Positions 42,815 through 51,349 of a stretch of DNA of 64,000 nt are shown one piece after another. A program made the position numbers and the translations under genes. Origin of the DNA: Acidimicrobiia bacterium (GTDB lineage: Bacteria; Actinomycetota; Acidimicrobiia; Spongiisociales; ZC4RG35); the NCBI GenBank assembly GCA_035544615.1, contig DATKEA010000126.1:50-64049 (forward strand), in the 5' to 3' direction. The stretch's first letter is position 1. Each line of letters opens with the position of its first letter. A model generated the notes under the pieces. That model made no database searches, was not told the origin of the DNA, and saw only the letters and a list, made by a program, of their open reading frames with translations.

Positions 42815-42931
42815 CGACCCAGGAGAAGGCGTGCCGGTCGTGGTGGGGCCTGAAACCCGTCCCGCATCACCGTCGCCGGTGGCTTCGGTGTTGTCCGTCT
42901 CCGTCTACCTTTCGGTCCTCGGAAAGGACCC

Positions 42932-44134
42932 ATGAAAACAAACGGCTTCCGTCGGGCCAGGATCGCCAGGATCACCCCGCCCAGGCTGCAGACCTTGGAC
43001 GAGAGCCGTGGTCGGACCGCGACCTGGCTCGAGCTCTTCTACGACCTGGCGTTCGTCGTAGTGGTGGCGGTGCTCGGGCAACGGCTCCACGATGACATCT
43101 CGTGGTCCGGGCTCGCTTCGTTCGGTGGCTACTTTGCCCTGCTCTGGTGGCTGTGGGTGAGTCACACCTTCTACGCCGACAGATACGACACCGATGACCT
43201 TGTGTACCGGCTGCTGGCCATGGCTCAGATGCTGGCCGTGTTGGTCATCGCCGCGGCCCTCACCGCCGGGCCGGCCGAGTCGACAGTGGCCTTCTCCGCG
43301 GGATACGCCACGGCGCGGCTGGTCCTCCTCGCCATGTACGTCAGGGTCTACCGCCATGTCACCGAGACCCGTTACCTGGTCGGCGGTTACCTGATCGGAT
43401 TCGGGCTCGCCGCGGCTCTGTGGACCACGTCGATCTTCGCCCCGGAGCCCTCTCGGTTTGCCCTCTGGGCGGTGGCACTCACCGTCGACCTGGCTACGCC
43501 CTGGCTCATGCGCCGCCAGCAGGCGGAGGTGCCTCTCGACGTCTCGCACCTCCCGGAGCGTTTCGGTCTGTTCACGATACTCGTCATGGGCGAGTCGCTT
43601 GCGGCGGTGATGGTCGGTCTCGGGCATCACCACTGGTCTTGGGGCTCGGTGCTCGGTGCAGCCCTCGGCGTCGGGCTGACGACCACCCTGTGGTGGCTGT
43701 ACTTCGACAACGCCGAGGGAAGCGTGGTTCGGAGACGTGACACCGACCGCCGGACCTGGCGGCCCACTGCCTGGATCTATGCCCACCTCCCACTTGCCGC
43801 TGCCCTGGCCGCATTGGGGGTCGCGCTCGAGCATATCGTGACCGAAGTCGGCGATGGAAGGATGGATCCAAGTCTTCGTTGGCTTCTGGTCGGGGCGGTA
43901 ATCATCGCCCTGAGTGCCATGGCGTTGACCCAGCTGGCCTCGCTTGGTCACCCGATGGGCTCGTTGAACCGGGCGATCTCGTTGAACCGACTAGCCGCTC
44001 TCCCCATCCTGTTGGTGATCGGCGTCTTGGGGCGTCCCAGACCGCTCGTGGTCGTGCTCGGTGTCCTTGGGGTCTGTGTCGCTGTCCTAATCGCCGACTT
44101 GTGGGCTTGGGATCGCGAAGACGACCGCGGGTAG
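42932..44134 (+). CDS. ltrA: low-temperature-requirement A (LtrA) family membrane protein
   Basis: ATWLELFYDLAFVVVVA N-terminal signature and about 11 TM helices. Confidence 0.8.
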   Translation: MKTNGFRRARIARITPPRLQTLDESRGRTATWLELFYDLAFVVVVAVLGQRLHDDISWSGLASFGGYFALLWWLWVSHTFYADRYDTDDLVYRLLAMAQMLAVLVIAAALTAGPAESTVAFSAGYATARLVLLAMYVRVYRHVTETRYLVGGYLIGFGLAAALWTTSIFAPEPSRFALWAVALTVDLATPWLMRRQQAEVPLDVSHLPERFGLFTILVMGESLAAVMVGLGHHHWSWGSVLGAALGVGLTTTLWWLYFDNAEGSVVRRRDTDRRTWRPTAWIYAHLPLAAALAALGVALEHIVTEVGDGRMDPSLRWLLVGAVIIALSAMALTQLASLGHPMGSLNRAISLNRLAALPILLVIGVLGRPRPLVVVLGVLGVCVAVLIADLWAWDREDDRG

Positions 44135-44176
44135 TCCTGGGCTAGCCCGCAGCGGACTGAGCCATTTCTGCGCGAG

Positions 44177-44196
44177 CACGTCATTCCGTTTTCAAG
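44177..44196 (+). repeat. R11, degenerate copy (3-nt insertion)
   Basis: cacgtc-att-ccgttttcaag, intergenic between ltrA and the cyclase gene. Confidence 0.5.
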
Positions 44197-44228
44197 AGGA
44201 GGGATGCCCGGTTGGCCCTAACCTCAGG

Positions 44229-47200
44229 TTGGTGAGTGCTTCCCCGCAGCCATACCTACCTCGCATGGTTCGATACTGGGACGAGGACACACCAGGTGAG
44301 TTGCACCGGTCGATCAACGGGTCGATGGTGTTCGTCGACGTCTCGGGTTTCACCAGGTTGTCCGAACGGCTCGCCCGCCAGGGCCAGGTGGGCGCCGAGG
44401 AGCTGACCGAGGTCATCGGCGCCACATTCGGAGCCCTGCTTCATGCGTCCTACGCCTACGGAGCCAACCTGGTCAAGTTTGGTGGTGATGCACTCCTGCT
44501 CCTGTTCACAGGGGACGGTCATGAGCTTCGCGCCTGTGCCTCGGCACTGGCCATGCAACGGACGATGGACGCGGTGGGCGTCTGTGAGACCTCGGCGGGA
44601 AAAGTGAACCTGCGGATGTCGGTCGGGATCCACAGCGGCGAGTACGACTTCTTCCTGGTCGGTGAGTCGCACCGTGAGCTGATCGTTGCCGGGCCTGCCG
44701 CCAGCCGCATCGTGGAGATGGAGTCGGCTGCGAACGCGGGCCGGATCCTCCTCAGCCCTGAGACGGCCACGGCGCTTCCCAGGCTCAACCGGGGCCGGTC
44801 CCATGGCCCCGGAATCCTGCTCAGAGGCACGATCGAGGCGGAACGATCCGAGTTTCAGGCCGCCACGTCGCCAACCCGGGAGCTGATGCAGTTCGTACCG
44901 ATCGGTCTCTGCCAGCTCCTGCTCGGGGGCGAAGTCGAACCGGAGCATCGACCGGCGACGGTGGCATTCCTCCGTTTCCACGGGTTCGACACCTTGATCC
45001 AAGACGAGGGATGCGAGGTCGCCGCCGCCCGACTCGACGAATTGGTGCGCACCGTCCAGAGCGCCATCGACCAACGAGGGGTCACCTTCCTTGGCAGCGA
45101 CATCGCCGGCGATGGGGGGAAGATCATCCTCACCGCAGGTGTCCCCACCACCACCGGGAACGACGAAGAACAGATGCTGCTCGCAGTTCGACAGGTCTTG
45201 TCTGAGGGCCCGGACATCCCGATCTCGGTCGGAGTCAATTGGGGGTCGGTCTTCGCCGGTGAGATCGGCACGCCTTACCGTCGCACCTACACCGTCATGG
45301 GGGACACGGTGAACCTGGCGGCCCGGCTGATGGCGAAAGCACCGGCAGGAGAGGTCTACGCGACTTCGGGAGTGTTGGACGGTTCACGAACCACTTTCGA
45401 GATGACCAACGTGGAGCCCTTCCTGGTCAAGGGCAAGAAGCTCCCGGTGCACGCGGTCTCGGTCGGGAACCCGATAGGGAGCAGGTCTGCCCAGGAAGGC
45501 GGCGGGCTTCCCTTGATCGGGCGCGACGAGGAGTTGGCGCTAATCGCTGCCGCCTGGGAGGAGACGCTGGCCGGCAGAGGGCAGATGGTGGAGATCTCGG
45601 CCGAGGCCGGCATGGGTAAGAGCCGGCTCCTCGAAGAGTTCCTCATGACGGGCCGCCCGGACAAAGTCGTCAGGGCGGAGTGCCGGCTCTATCAGGCCGC
45701 CACTGCCTACTTCCCTTTCCGGGCATTGCTCCGGGGGGCGTTGGAGCTGGACGACCTCGGTGTCAAGGAGTCCGAGAAGGCGCTGATCGATCTCGTCGAA
45801 GCCAAGGCTCCCGAGTTGATTCCATGGCTGTCCCTGGTCGCTCTCCCCCTTGGCCTCGAGATCCCGGATTCGGTCGAGTCCGCCCAGTTGGAAGATCAGT
45901 TCCGACCGGCCCGCACTCTGGCCGCGGTCGACTCCCTGCTCGAAGCGACCGTCACCTCCCCCGCTTTGTTCGTGATCGAGGACACCCATTGGATGGACGA
46001 ACCGTCCCGAGAGCTCCTCGACGGCCTGCTCGCCGAGCTGAGCCGGCGCCCCTGGCTGATCATCGTCACCCGGCGCCCCGGGGAAGACGGTTTTGTCGCC
46101 TCTGCCGATCCCCAGGTCACCGCCATTCAGCTCCAACCGCTGGGCGTCGAGCAAGCCAAGGATCTCATTTATAGGGCCACCGAGGCCTCACCTCTGCCGC
46201 CACGGCAGGTGGAACGACTGGCCCGACAGGCGCAGGGGCGTCCCCTGTTCCTCATCGAGTTGCTCCAGACGCTGCGCAGCAGCGGATCCCTCGATGAGAT
46301 CCCCCAGTCGGTTGAAGCGCTTATCGCGGCTCGCATCGACACGTTGCCGTTGTCAGACCGGAACATTCTCCGGCGAGTATCCGTCCTCGGAGCTGGATTC
46401 AATCTCGAGCACATCCCGGCGGTCCTCGGCGATGAGGGGCAGGATCCGCCCCGGCAGGCACGAATTATCAAGAGGCTCTCCGATTTCTTGTCGCTCGACC
46501 AGTCGGGTTGGGTCCAGTTCCACCATGCTCTGATCCACGATGTGGCTTACGCCGGACTCCCGTTCCGGACCAGACAGAACCTGCACGCCCGGGTCGGCGA
46601 GTCGATCTTCGCCGACTGTGACGGCCACCCCGAGGAGTTCGCCGAGCTTCTTTCGTTCCACTTCTTCCATGCGAAAAGATGGAGCCGGTCTTGGCTGTTT
46701 TCCCAGATGGCGGGAGATCGGGCCAAGGAGATCTACGCCAATCACGAAGCGGAGGTCTTCTACGAGCGGGCATTGCAGTCGGCGGCACGGCTCGACTGGG
46801 TCACTCAATCCGATCGGGCCGGATTGCTGACAGATCTGGCCAGGGTCCGGTACGAGGCGGGGTCGTACGACGAGGCGATGGTCTCCCTGCGTGCTGCGAT
46901 CAGGCTGCTCCCCGATGACCCGGTGGCGCGCGCCGACCTTCGACTCGACCTGGCCCGCACCTTGCACCGGACGGGCGCACTCTCCCGGGCCTTGCGTGAG
47001 ACCGCTCTGGGATTGAAGCTGGTCGAGGAGAGCAACGGTCCCGAGGCGAGGAGAGTCACCGCCCGGCTGCGGGTGGTTCGCGCCGGTCTCTTTGCCGATC
47101 AGTTCCGGCCCAGGATGGCGCTGAAAGTCGGTCTGCGAGCAGTGGAGGAGGCGGAAGCCAGTGGCGAGCTGACGGCGTTGGCCCGGGCTTATACCAAGAT

Positions 47201-48026
47201 CGACGAGGCATACCAGATCCTGGGCATGCGAGACGAGGCTGTCCACGAGGAGAAAGCGCTGGAGATCTTCGAGCAGCTCGGCGACCTCTCCGGGATCTCG
47301 CTTCTCGCCATCAACCTCGGCGTGCAGGCCTACTCCGACGGACGCTGGGACGATGCCATCTCGTTGTATACCAAGGCCCAGGAGGTGGGCCGGCGCGCGG
47401 GGAATACCTACGACGAAGGTGCAGCGGCTGCCAATCTCGGCGAGGTCCTCATCAGCCGCGGAAGGTTTGACGAGGCGGAGACCGTCCTGGAGGAAGCGAG
47501 ACGGGTGCTGCGGGCGCAAAAGATGCTCGGGTTCGCGCTATTTGCCGAGACCCAATTGGGGCGTCTCAGGATGGAGCGGGGAGAGCATCAGGCCGCAGTG
47601 AGCGCCTTGAATCTGGTCATCGACGAGGCCAACCGGATGGGGCAACCCTTTTTCGCCGTGGATGCCTCCGTGCACCTGGCCGACGCCTTGACCCGATCCG
47701 GCGACCCGCTGCGCGCCCTCGATGTCGTGGCTGTCACCCGCGAGCTCGCCGGGGAGGACGCCGCTCTCTACGAAGTGCCACTGGAACGGCTGCGGGCACA
47801 AGCCCTCGTCGCCCTGGACCGGCCCGATGAGGCTTCGTCTCACATCGAAGGGGCGCTGGCCAGTGCCCGGGCACAAAGGCTGGCCTACGAGGAGGCGTTA
47901 CTCCTTTTGGTCAAGGCACAGACAGGCTTCGGCGGCGCGGAGGTCTTCGAGGAGGCCACTCGACTTCTCGAACATCTCGGAGCATCCTCTCCTCAATTGG
48001 ACCTCTTCCCATCGCCGACGTTGTAG
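44229..48026 (+). CDS. tandem class III nucleotidyl cyclase domains + AAA/STAND ATPase + TPR region
   Basis: - CHD1: MVFVDVSGFT...KFGGDALLLLF
- CHD2: TYTVMGDTVNLAARL
- Walker A: AEAGMGKSRLLEEF
- Long helical-repeat C-terminus
- The start may be ATG 44265. Confidence 0.85.
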   Translation: MVSASPQPYLPRMVRYWDEDTPGELHRSINGSMVFVDVSGFTRLSERLARQGQVGAEELTEVIGATFGALLHASYAYGANLVKFGGDALLLLFTGDGHELRACASALAMQRTMDAVGVCETSAGKVNLRMSVGIHSGEYDFFLVGESHRELIVAGPAASRIVEMESAANAGRILLSPETATALPRLNRGRSHGPGILLRGTIEAERSEFQAATSPTRELMQFVPIGLCQLLLGGEVEPEHRPATVAFLRFHGFDTLIQDEGCEVAAARLDELVRTVQSAIDQRGVTFLGSDIAGDGGKIILTAGVPTTTGNDEEQMLLAVRQVLSEGPDIPISVGVNWGSVFAGEIGTPYRRTYTVMGDTVNLAARLMAKAPAGEVYATSGVLDGSRTTFEMTNVEPFLVKGKKLPVHAVSVGNPIGSRSAQEGGGLPLIGRDEELALIAAAWEETLAGRGQMVEISAEAGMGKSRLLEEFLMTGRPDKVVRAECRLYQAATAYFPFRALLRGALELDDLGVKESEKALIDLVEAKAPELIPWLSLVALPLGLEIPDSVESAQLEDQFRPARTLAAVDSLLEATVTSPALFVIEDTHWMDEPSRELLDGLLAELSRRPWLIIVTRRPGEDGFVASADPQVTAIQLQPLGVEQAKDLIYRATEASPLPPRQVERLARQAQGRPLFLIELLQTLRSSGSLDEIPQSVEALIAARIDTLPLSDRNILRRVSVLGAGFNLEHIPAVLGDEGQDPPRQARIIKRLSDFLSLDQSGWVQFHHALIHDVAYAGLPFRTRQNLHARVGESIFADCDGHPEEFAELLSFHFFHAKRWSRSWLFSQMAGDRAKEIYANHEAEVFYERALQSAARLDWVTQSDRAGLLTDLARVRYEAGSYDEAMVSLRAAIRLLPDDPVARADLRLDLARTLHRTGALSRALRETALGLKLVEESNGPEARRVTARLRVVRAGLFADQFRPRMALKVGLRAVEEAEASGELTALARAYTKIDEAYQILGMRDEAVHEEKALEIFEQLGDLSGISLLAINLGVQAYSDGRWDDAISLYTKAQEVGRRAGNTYDEGAAAANLGEVLISRGRFDEAETVLEEARRVLRAQKMLGFALFAETQLGRLRMERGEHQAAVSALNLVIDEANRMGQPFFAVDASVHLADALTRSGDPLRALDVVAVTRELAGEDAALYEVPLERLRAQALVALDRPDEASSHIEGALASARAQRLAYEEALLLLVKAQTGFGGAEVFEEATRLLEHLGASSPQLDLFPSPTL

Positions 48027-49330
48027 ATGATGTCCACTTCGAGGAAGGTCCCCATGGGGTGATCGAGGATGTCCATCAGACCGGTGACATAGCTCCGAGA
48101 CTCGATCAAGCACGAGGTGTGCCCGGTGGGCAGGATCTCCGTGGTGTCGACCGGATCCAGGACAGTGCCCACCGGCAGGTCACCGGCGCCGTCACGTGGA
48201 TCGATCAGACACCATGGCATCACTCGTTCCCCGGCCCCGACATGATCGTCGTAGCTGAGGATCCGAACCTGGCTCTCACCCCCGGGAACGTCGGGTGGGC
48301 CGTCGTAACGCCAGGTGATCACCTCGAGGAACTGGGCAACGGTGTCGGGGTCGGCGTCGACCGGCTCGGTGATGAAATCGACGAAGAGGCGATCGCCCTC
48401 CACTCCCGACTCGAAGTTGAAGAGGAGACCGTCCTCCGGCCCCTTGCATCCGCCGTCGAGGTCGGTGCCCCGGGTGATCTGGGAGGTGGCGTCGCCGCCG
48501 CCGAGGCTGACAGTGTCTCCGCAATCGATCTCGCCGTCGAAGGCCTCGACTACCTGGAACAAGGTGTCGCTCGTGCCAAGGTTGGCTCCCAGGGGCCCGG
48601 GGGCGGCGCCACTGAAGCCGCCTTCGAGCGAGACGACGCCCGAGGAGGCGGCATTTCCAGGCTCGATCACGACGGTGTCGAAAGCATCGTCGATGGCAAA
48701 CGCTTGCCAGTCCCCGTCGCCCGGATCGTCGGCTGGGTCCAGATAGAGGATGACCCTTTCGTTGTCAGAGCCACCGGAGTCGGGGCCACAATCGGAGCCG
48801 CCACTGCACGCCACCGTCACGGTGTCGACCACAATGCCGGACGGGCCGCCCTTCTTCAGTTGGAGCAGGGCGTCGCCATCGAACTTGAACCCGAGGTCGA
48901 TCTCGGCGTAGCCAATGCTCTGGCCGTCGAGCTGACCCACGAGACTGAGCGCCAATGCTTGCCCCAGGTCCTTGTTGATCCGGGCACAAGGCTCTCCGTT
49001 ACCTTCGCCGTTTTGACCCACCCCAATCCGATGGTCCTTGAGACCTGCGAAAGGCTTCTTGTTCAGTTGGTCCCCTGACCCGACGACCCCGACCAGGGAG
49101 GCGCCGCTGCTGGACAGCTTGCAGTTGGTCTGAGAGAGTGTCTGAACGAGGTTGGGTCCGGGGGCGACCGCATCGAAAACGAACCTGTCCCCGTCCGAGT
49201 TCAGGTGGAGATGGAGCACTCCGACCTCTTCGGTGACCGGACCCTGACCCATTGCCGGTATCACGAAGAGTGATATTGCGACCATCAGGCCTGCGACCCC
49301 AGCCAATGGCCAGCGCCAACCTTTTCTCAT
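47993..49330 (-). CDS. secreted protein of unknown function
   Basis: GGGAGG RBS, ATG 49330 and signal peptide MRKGWRWPLAGVAGLMVAISLFVIPAMG. Gly/Asp-rich mature part. Its 3' end overlaps the cyclase gene by 34 nt (convergent). Confidence 0.6.
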   Translation of the reverse strand: MRKGWRWPLAGVAGLMVAISLFVIPAMGQGPVTEEVGVLHLHLNSDGDRFVFDAVAPGPNLVQTLSQTNCKLSSSGASLVGVVGSGDQLNKKPFAGLKDHRIGVGQNGEGNGEPCARINKDLGQALALSLVGQLDGQSIGYAEIDLGFKFDGDALLQLKKGGPSGIVVDTVTVACSGGSDCGPDSGGSDNERVILYLDPADDPGDGDWQAFAIDDAFDTVVIEPGNAASSGVVSLEGGFSGAAPGPLGANLGTSDTLFQVVEAFDGEIDCGDTVSLGGGDATSQITRGTDLDGGCKGPEDGLLFNFESGVEGDRLFVDFITEPVDADPDTVAQFLEVITWRYDGPPDVPGGESQVRILSYDDHVGAGERVMPWCLIDPRDGAGDLPVGTVLDPVDTTEILPTGHTSCLIESRSYVTGLMDILDHPMGTFLEVDIIYNVGDGKRSN

Positions 49331-49770
49331 TGTGCCTCCCTGATCGCTTCGGACCACCAGCAGACGACGCCGCCCTTGGTCCTACATTTCTCTCTTGAGC
49401 AGTGGTCCTCACCCAACCACGGGACATCACTCGACTCGAGGATTGGACCTCGGAGTGCCCGAGGACAACTCAAGTCATCGGACTATACGTTCCCTTTCAC
49501 TGCTCCGCGCCGCTGGACCTCACTATCCGTGGTCGACATGGGCCTGCCGCGCCCCAAGTCTCGAGGATTCCTCCTGCTGACCCGCTCTTGGGGTGCTTGA
49601 CACCGACATTTCCGACGGAGGACAAGCAATGAGACACCAGGAAGCCGTCACCGACCAGCACGCCTTGACAAACCCGGTATCCCTCTGCCCGATCGGTGGT
49701 GGACGGTCTCGGAAGGCGATGGATTTCGCAGCGCAGAGACGAATCGCGGTCCGGGGTAGCCTGGTGGCCT

Positions 49771-50088
49771 ATGGACGATGAACGCAGGGTCTCTACGGTC
49801 ACGAACTTCTGGAGGCTGGCGCTCGCGGTCATCGGAGTCATCGCTGTCATTCAGGAGCTCCGCAAGCCTCCCGACGAGAGAACCTGGAACGGAAAGGTCG
49901 CCGACTTCGTGCCATACGACTTCCGCATGCCGACCATCGGGCGGGTGCGGAGCACCTACTGGAACCCCGAAGGTCCGATCATTGCTGGCAAGGTGTTCGG
50001 TGTCGGCTGGGCGCCCAACCTCGGGGCGCTCAACAGGATGGTCGGCAACTGGCGCGCCGGCGCAGATTCGAACCGCCAGCCTTCCTGA
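49771..50088 (+). CDS. small membrane protein (DUF5808-like)
   Basis: TM helix FWRLALAVIGVIAVI, then TWNGKVADFVPYDFRMPT...VFGVGWAPNLGAL. The last 13 codons run through the tRNA-like fragment. Confidence 0.55.
   Translation: MDDERRVSTVTNFWRLALAVIGVIAVIQELRKPPDERTWNGKVADFVPYDFRMPTIGRVRSTYWNPEGPIIAGKVFGVGWAPNLGALNRMVGNWRAGADSNRQPS
50050..50082 (-). other. tRNA 3'-end-like fragment (T-arm + acceptor 3' strand + CCA), not a complete tRNA
   Basis: The minus strand reads aggct-GGCGG-TTCGAAT-CTGCG-CCGGCGC-G-CCA. The T-loop is canonical and the T-stem has 4 of 5 pairs. No 5' acceptor strand, D-arm or anticodon arm is present upstream. Confidence 0.45.
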
Positions 50089-50209
50089 CCCCGTTCGGTT
50101 TCCCCGAGGAGGTCATGACCCCCTCCCCACAGTCGGTCGAGTTGAAGATGACGTTGTGGTTGGCAATGGCAACCGGGGGTGGAAGCCCGCACCTTAAGAT
50201 CCGGCGGGC

Positions 50210-51328
50210 GTGACCAGCATCCGAGGAACCGAAGAGCAGGGGGCGACCTTCGTCGAGCTCTTCTTCGATCTTGTCTTCGTATTCGCCGTCACCCAGGTCA
50301 CCGCATCCCTGGCCTACGATCTGACCGCATCGGGTCTGCTCCGCGCATTGATCGTCTTCTGGCTCGTGTGGTGGGCGTGGACGCAATACACCTGGTCGCT
50401 CAACGAGGCCGACACCGAGCACGGGCGGATCCGATTCATAACCCTGCTGGCGACGGCCCTCGCCTTCCTGATGGCGGTGACGGTGCCCCTGATCACGACC
50501 GAGTGGGGATGGCTATTTGCACTGGCCTACCTGGTCCTGCGAATAGTCGGCATCTCACTGCAATGGCGGCTGGCGGGAGGCGACATCGTCTGGACTCGGA
50601 GTGTGCAGACCTGGACTCTGATGTCGAGCATCGGCTTGCTGGCGATCCTCACCGCGATGTTCCTTCCGCCGGATCGTCGATTCTTTGCCCTGGGAGCGGC
50701 CGCCATCCTCGACGTGATCGCTGCCTTGCGAGCAGGACGCAGCGAGTGGAGATTGTTCGCGGGTCACTTCTCGGAACGGCACGGGCTGATCGTCATCATC
50801 GCGCTCGGCGAGGCCCTGATCGCAGCCGGTGTCACTTTGAGCGACCAGCCGCTGAGCGGGCGGCTGCTCATGGTGGCGGTCACTGCGGTCGCCGGCTCGT
50901 GTGCCCTGTGGTGGACATACTTCGGATGGGCCAAGGACCGGCTCGAAGAGACGATGAGGTCGCAGAGCCCGGCCAGGATTGGTCGATATGCCCGGGACGT
51001 CTACTCGTTCGCCCACTTTCCCCTGATATTCGGGGTGATCGGCTACGCCATCAGCGTCGAGGAGACGATCGCCCATCCGCAAGACCCGCTTGCAGTTCCG
51101 GGAATGCTGGCACTGGGTTTCGGTGTCTGTTTGATCGTGGGCGGCACCGCGCTGGCATTGACCCTGGCCGGGGTCCGGGTCCCGGCGGTCAGATGGTGGA
51201 TGATGATCGTCCTCCTGGCGTCCATCCCGGCGCTGGGGCTGATTCCGGCCTGGGTGGCCCTGGCCCTGGTGTCGCTCCTGGTCGCCGTCCTTGCCCTCGT
51301 CGAGGCGCGGCAACGAGGTGCCGACTAG
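50210..51328 (+). CDS. ltrA: LtrA-family membrane protein (second paralog)
   Basis: GTG start. ATFVELFFDLVFVFAVTQV signature. Multi-TM. Confidence 0.8.
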   Translation: MTSIRGTEEQGATFVELFFDLVFVFAVTQVTASLAYDLTASGLLRALIVFWLVWWAWTQYTWSLNEADTEHGRIRFITLLATALAFLMAVTVPLITTEWGWLFALAYLVLRIVGISLQWRLAGGDIVWTRSVQTWTLMSSIGLLAILTAMFLPPDRRFFALGAAAILDVIAALRAGRSEWRLFAGHFSERHGLIVIIALGEALIAAGVTLSDQPLSGRLLMVAVTAVAGSCALWWTYFGWAKDRLEETMRSQSPARIGRYARDVYSFAHFPLIFGVIGYAISVEETIAHPQDPLAVPGMLALGFGVCLIVGGTALALTLAGVRVPAVRWWMMIVLLASIPALGLIPAWVALALVSLLVAVLALVEARQRGAD

Positions 51329-51349
51329 CGCATCGCCGCGAGTGAGCGG

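Noticed and set aside
42905-43951. 348-aa minus-strand ORF
   Set aside because: Antisense shadow of the first ltrA gene.
249-44196. The repeated 17-mer array as a CRISPR array or a canonical integron attC array
   Set aside because: - Spacers are 0.6-22 kb and contain whole genes, so this is not a CRISPR array.
- I could not find the R''/L''...L'/R' imperfect inverted-repeat structure or the RYYYAAC/GTTRRRY cores of attC sites around the copies.
- No intI-like gene is in the window.
- The array is kept as a finding, but not under these labels.
46921-46945. Second copy of the tRNA-like fragment (tggcgcgccgaccttcgactcgacc)
   Set aside because: Only the first 10 nt match. There is no TTCGAAT T-loop and it lies inside the cyclase gene coding sequence.
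46353-47519. 388-aa minus-strand ORF
   Set aside because: Antisense shadow of the cyclase/ATPase/TPR gene.
48059-49078. 339-aa plus-strand ORF
   Set aside because: Antisense shadow. The minus-strand ORF has an RBS and a signal peptide.
50050-50125. A complete tRNA gene on the minus strand
   Set aside because: Only the T-arm, acceptor 3' strand and CCA are present. The would-be anticodon loop is acggggt (no U33), the anticodon stem does not pair, and no complementary 5' acceptor strand (GCGCCGG) exists upstream.
50179-51345. 388-aa plus-strand ORF in an alternative frame of the second ltrA
   Set aside because: Arg/Pro/Gly-rich out-of-frame product. The 50210 frame gives the LtrA signature and TM helices.
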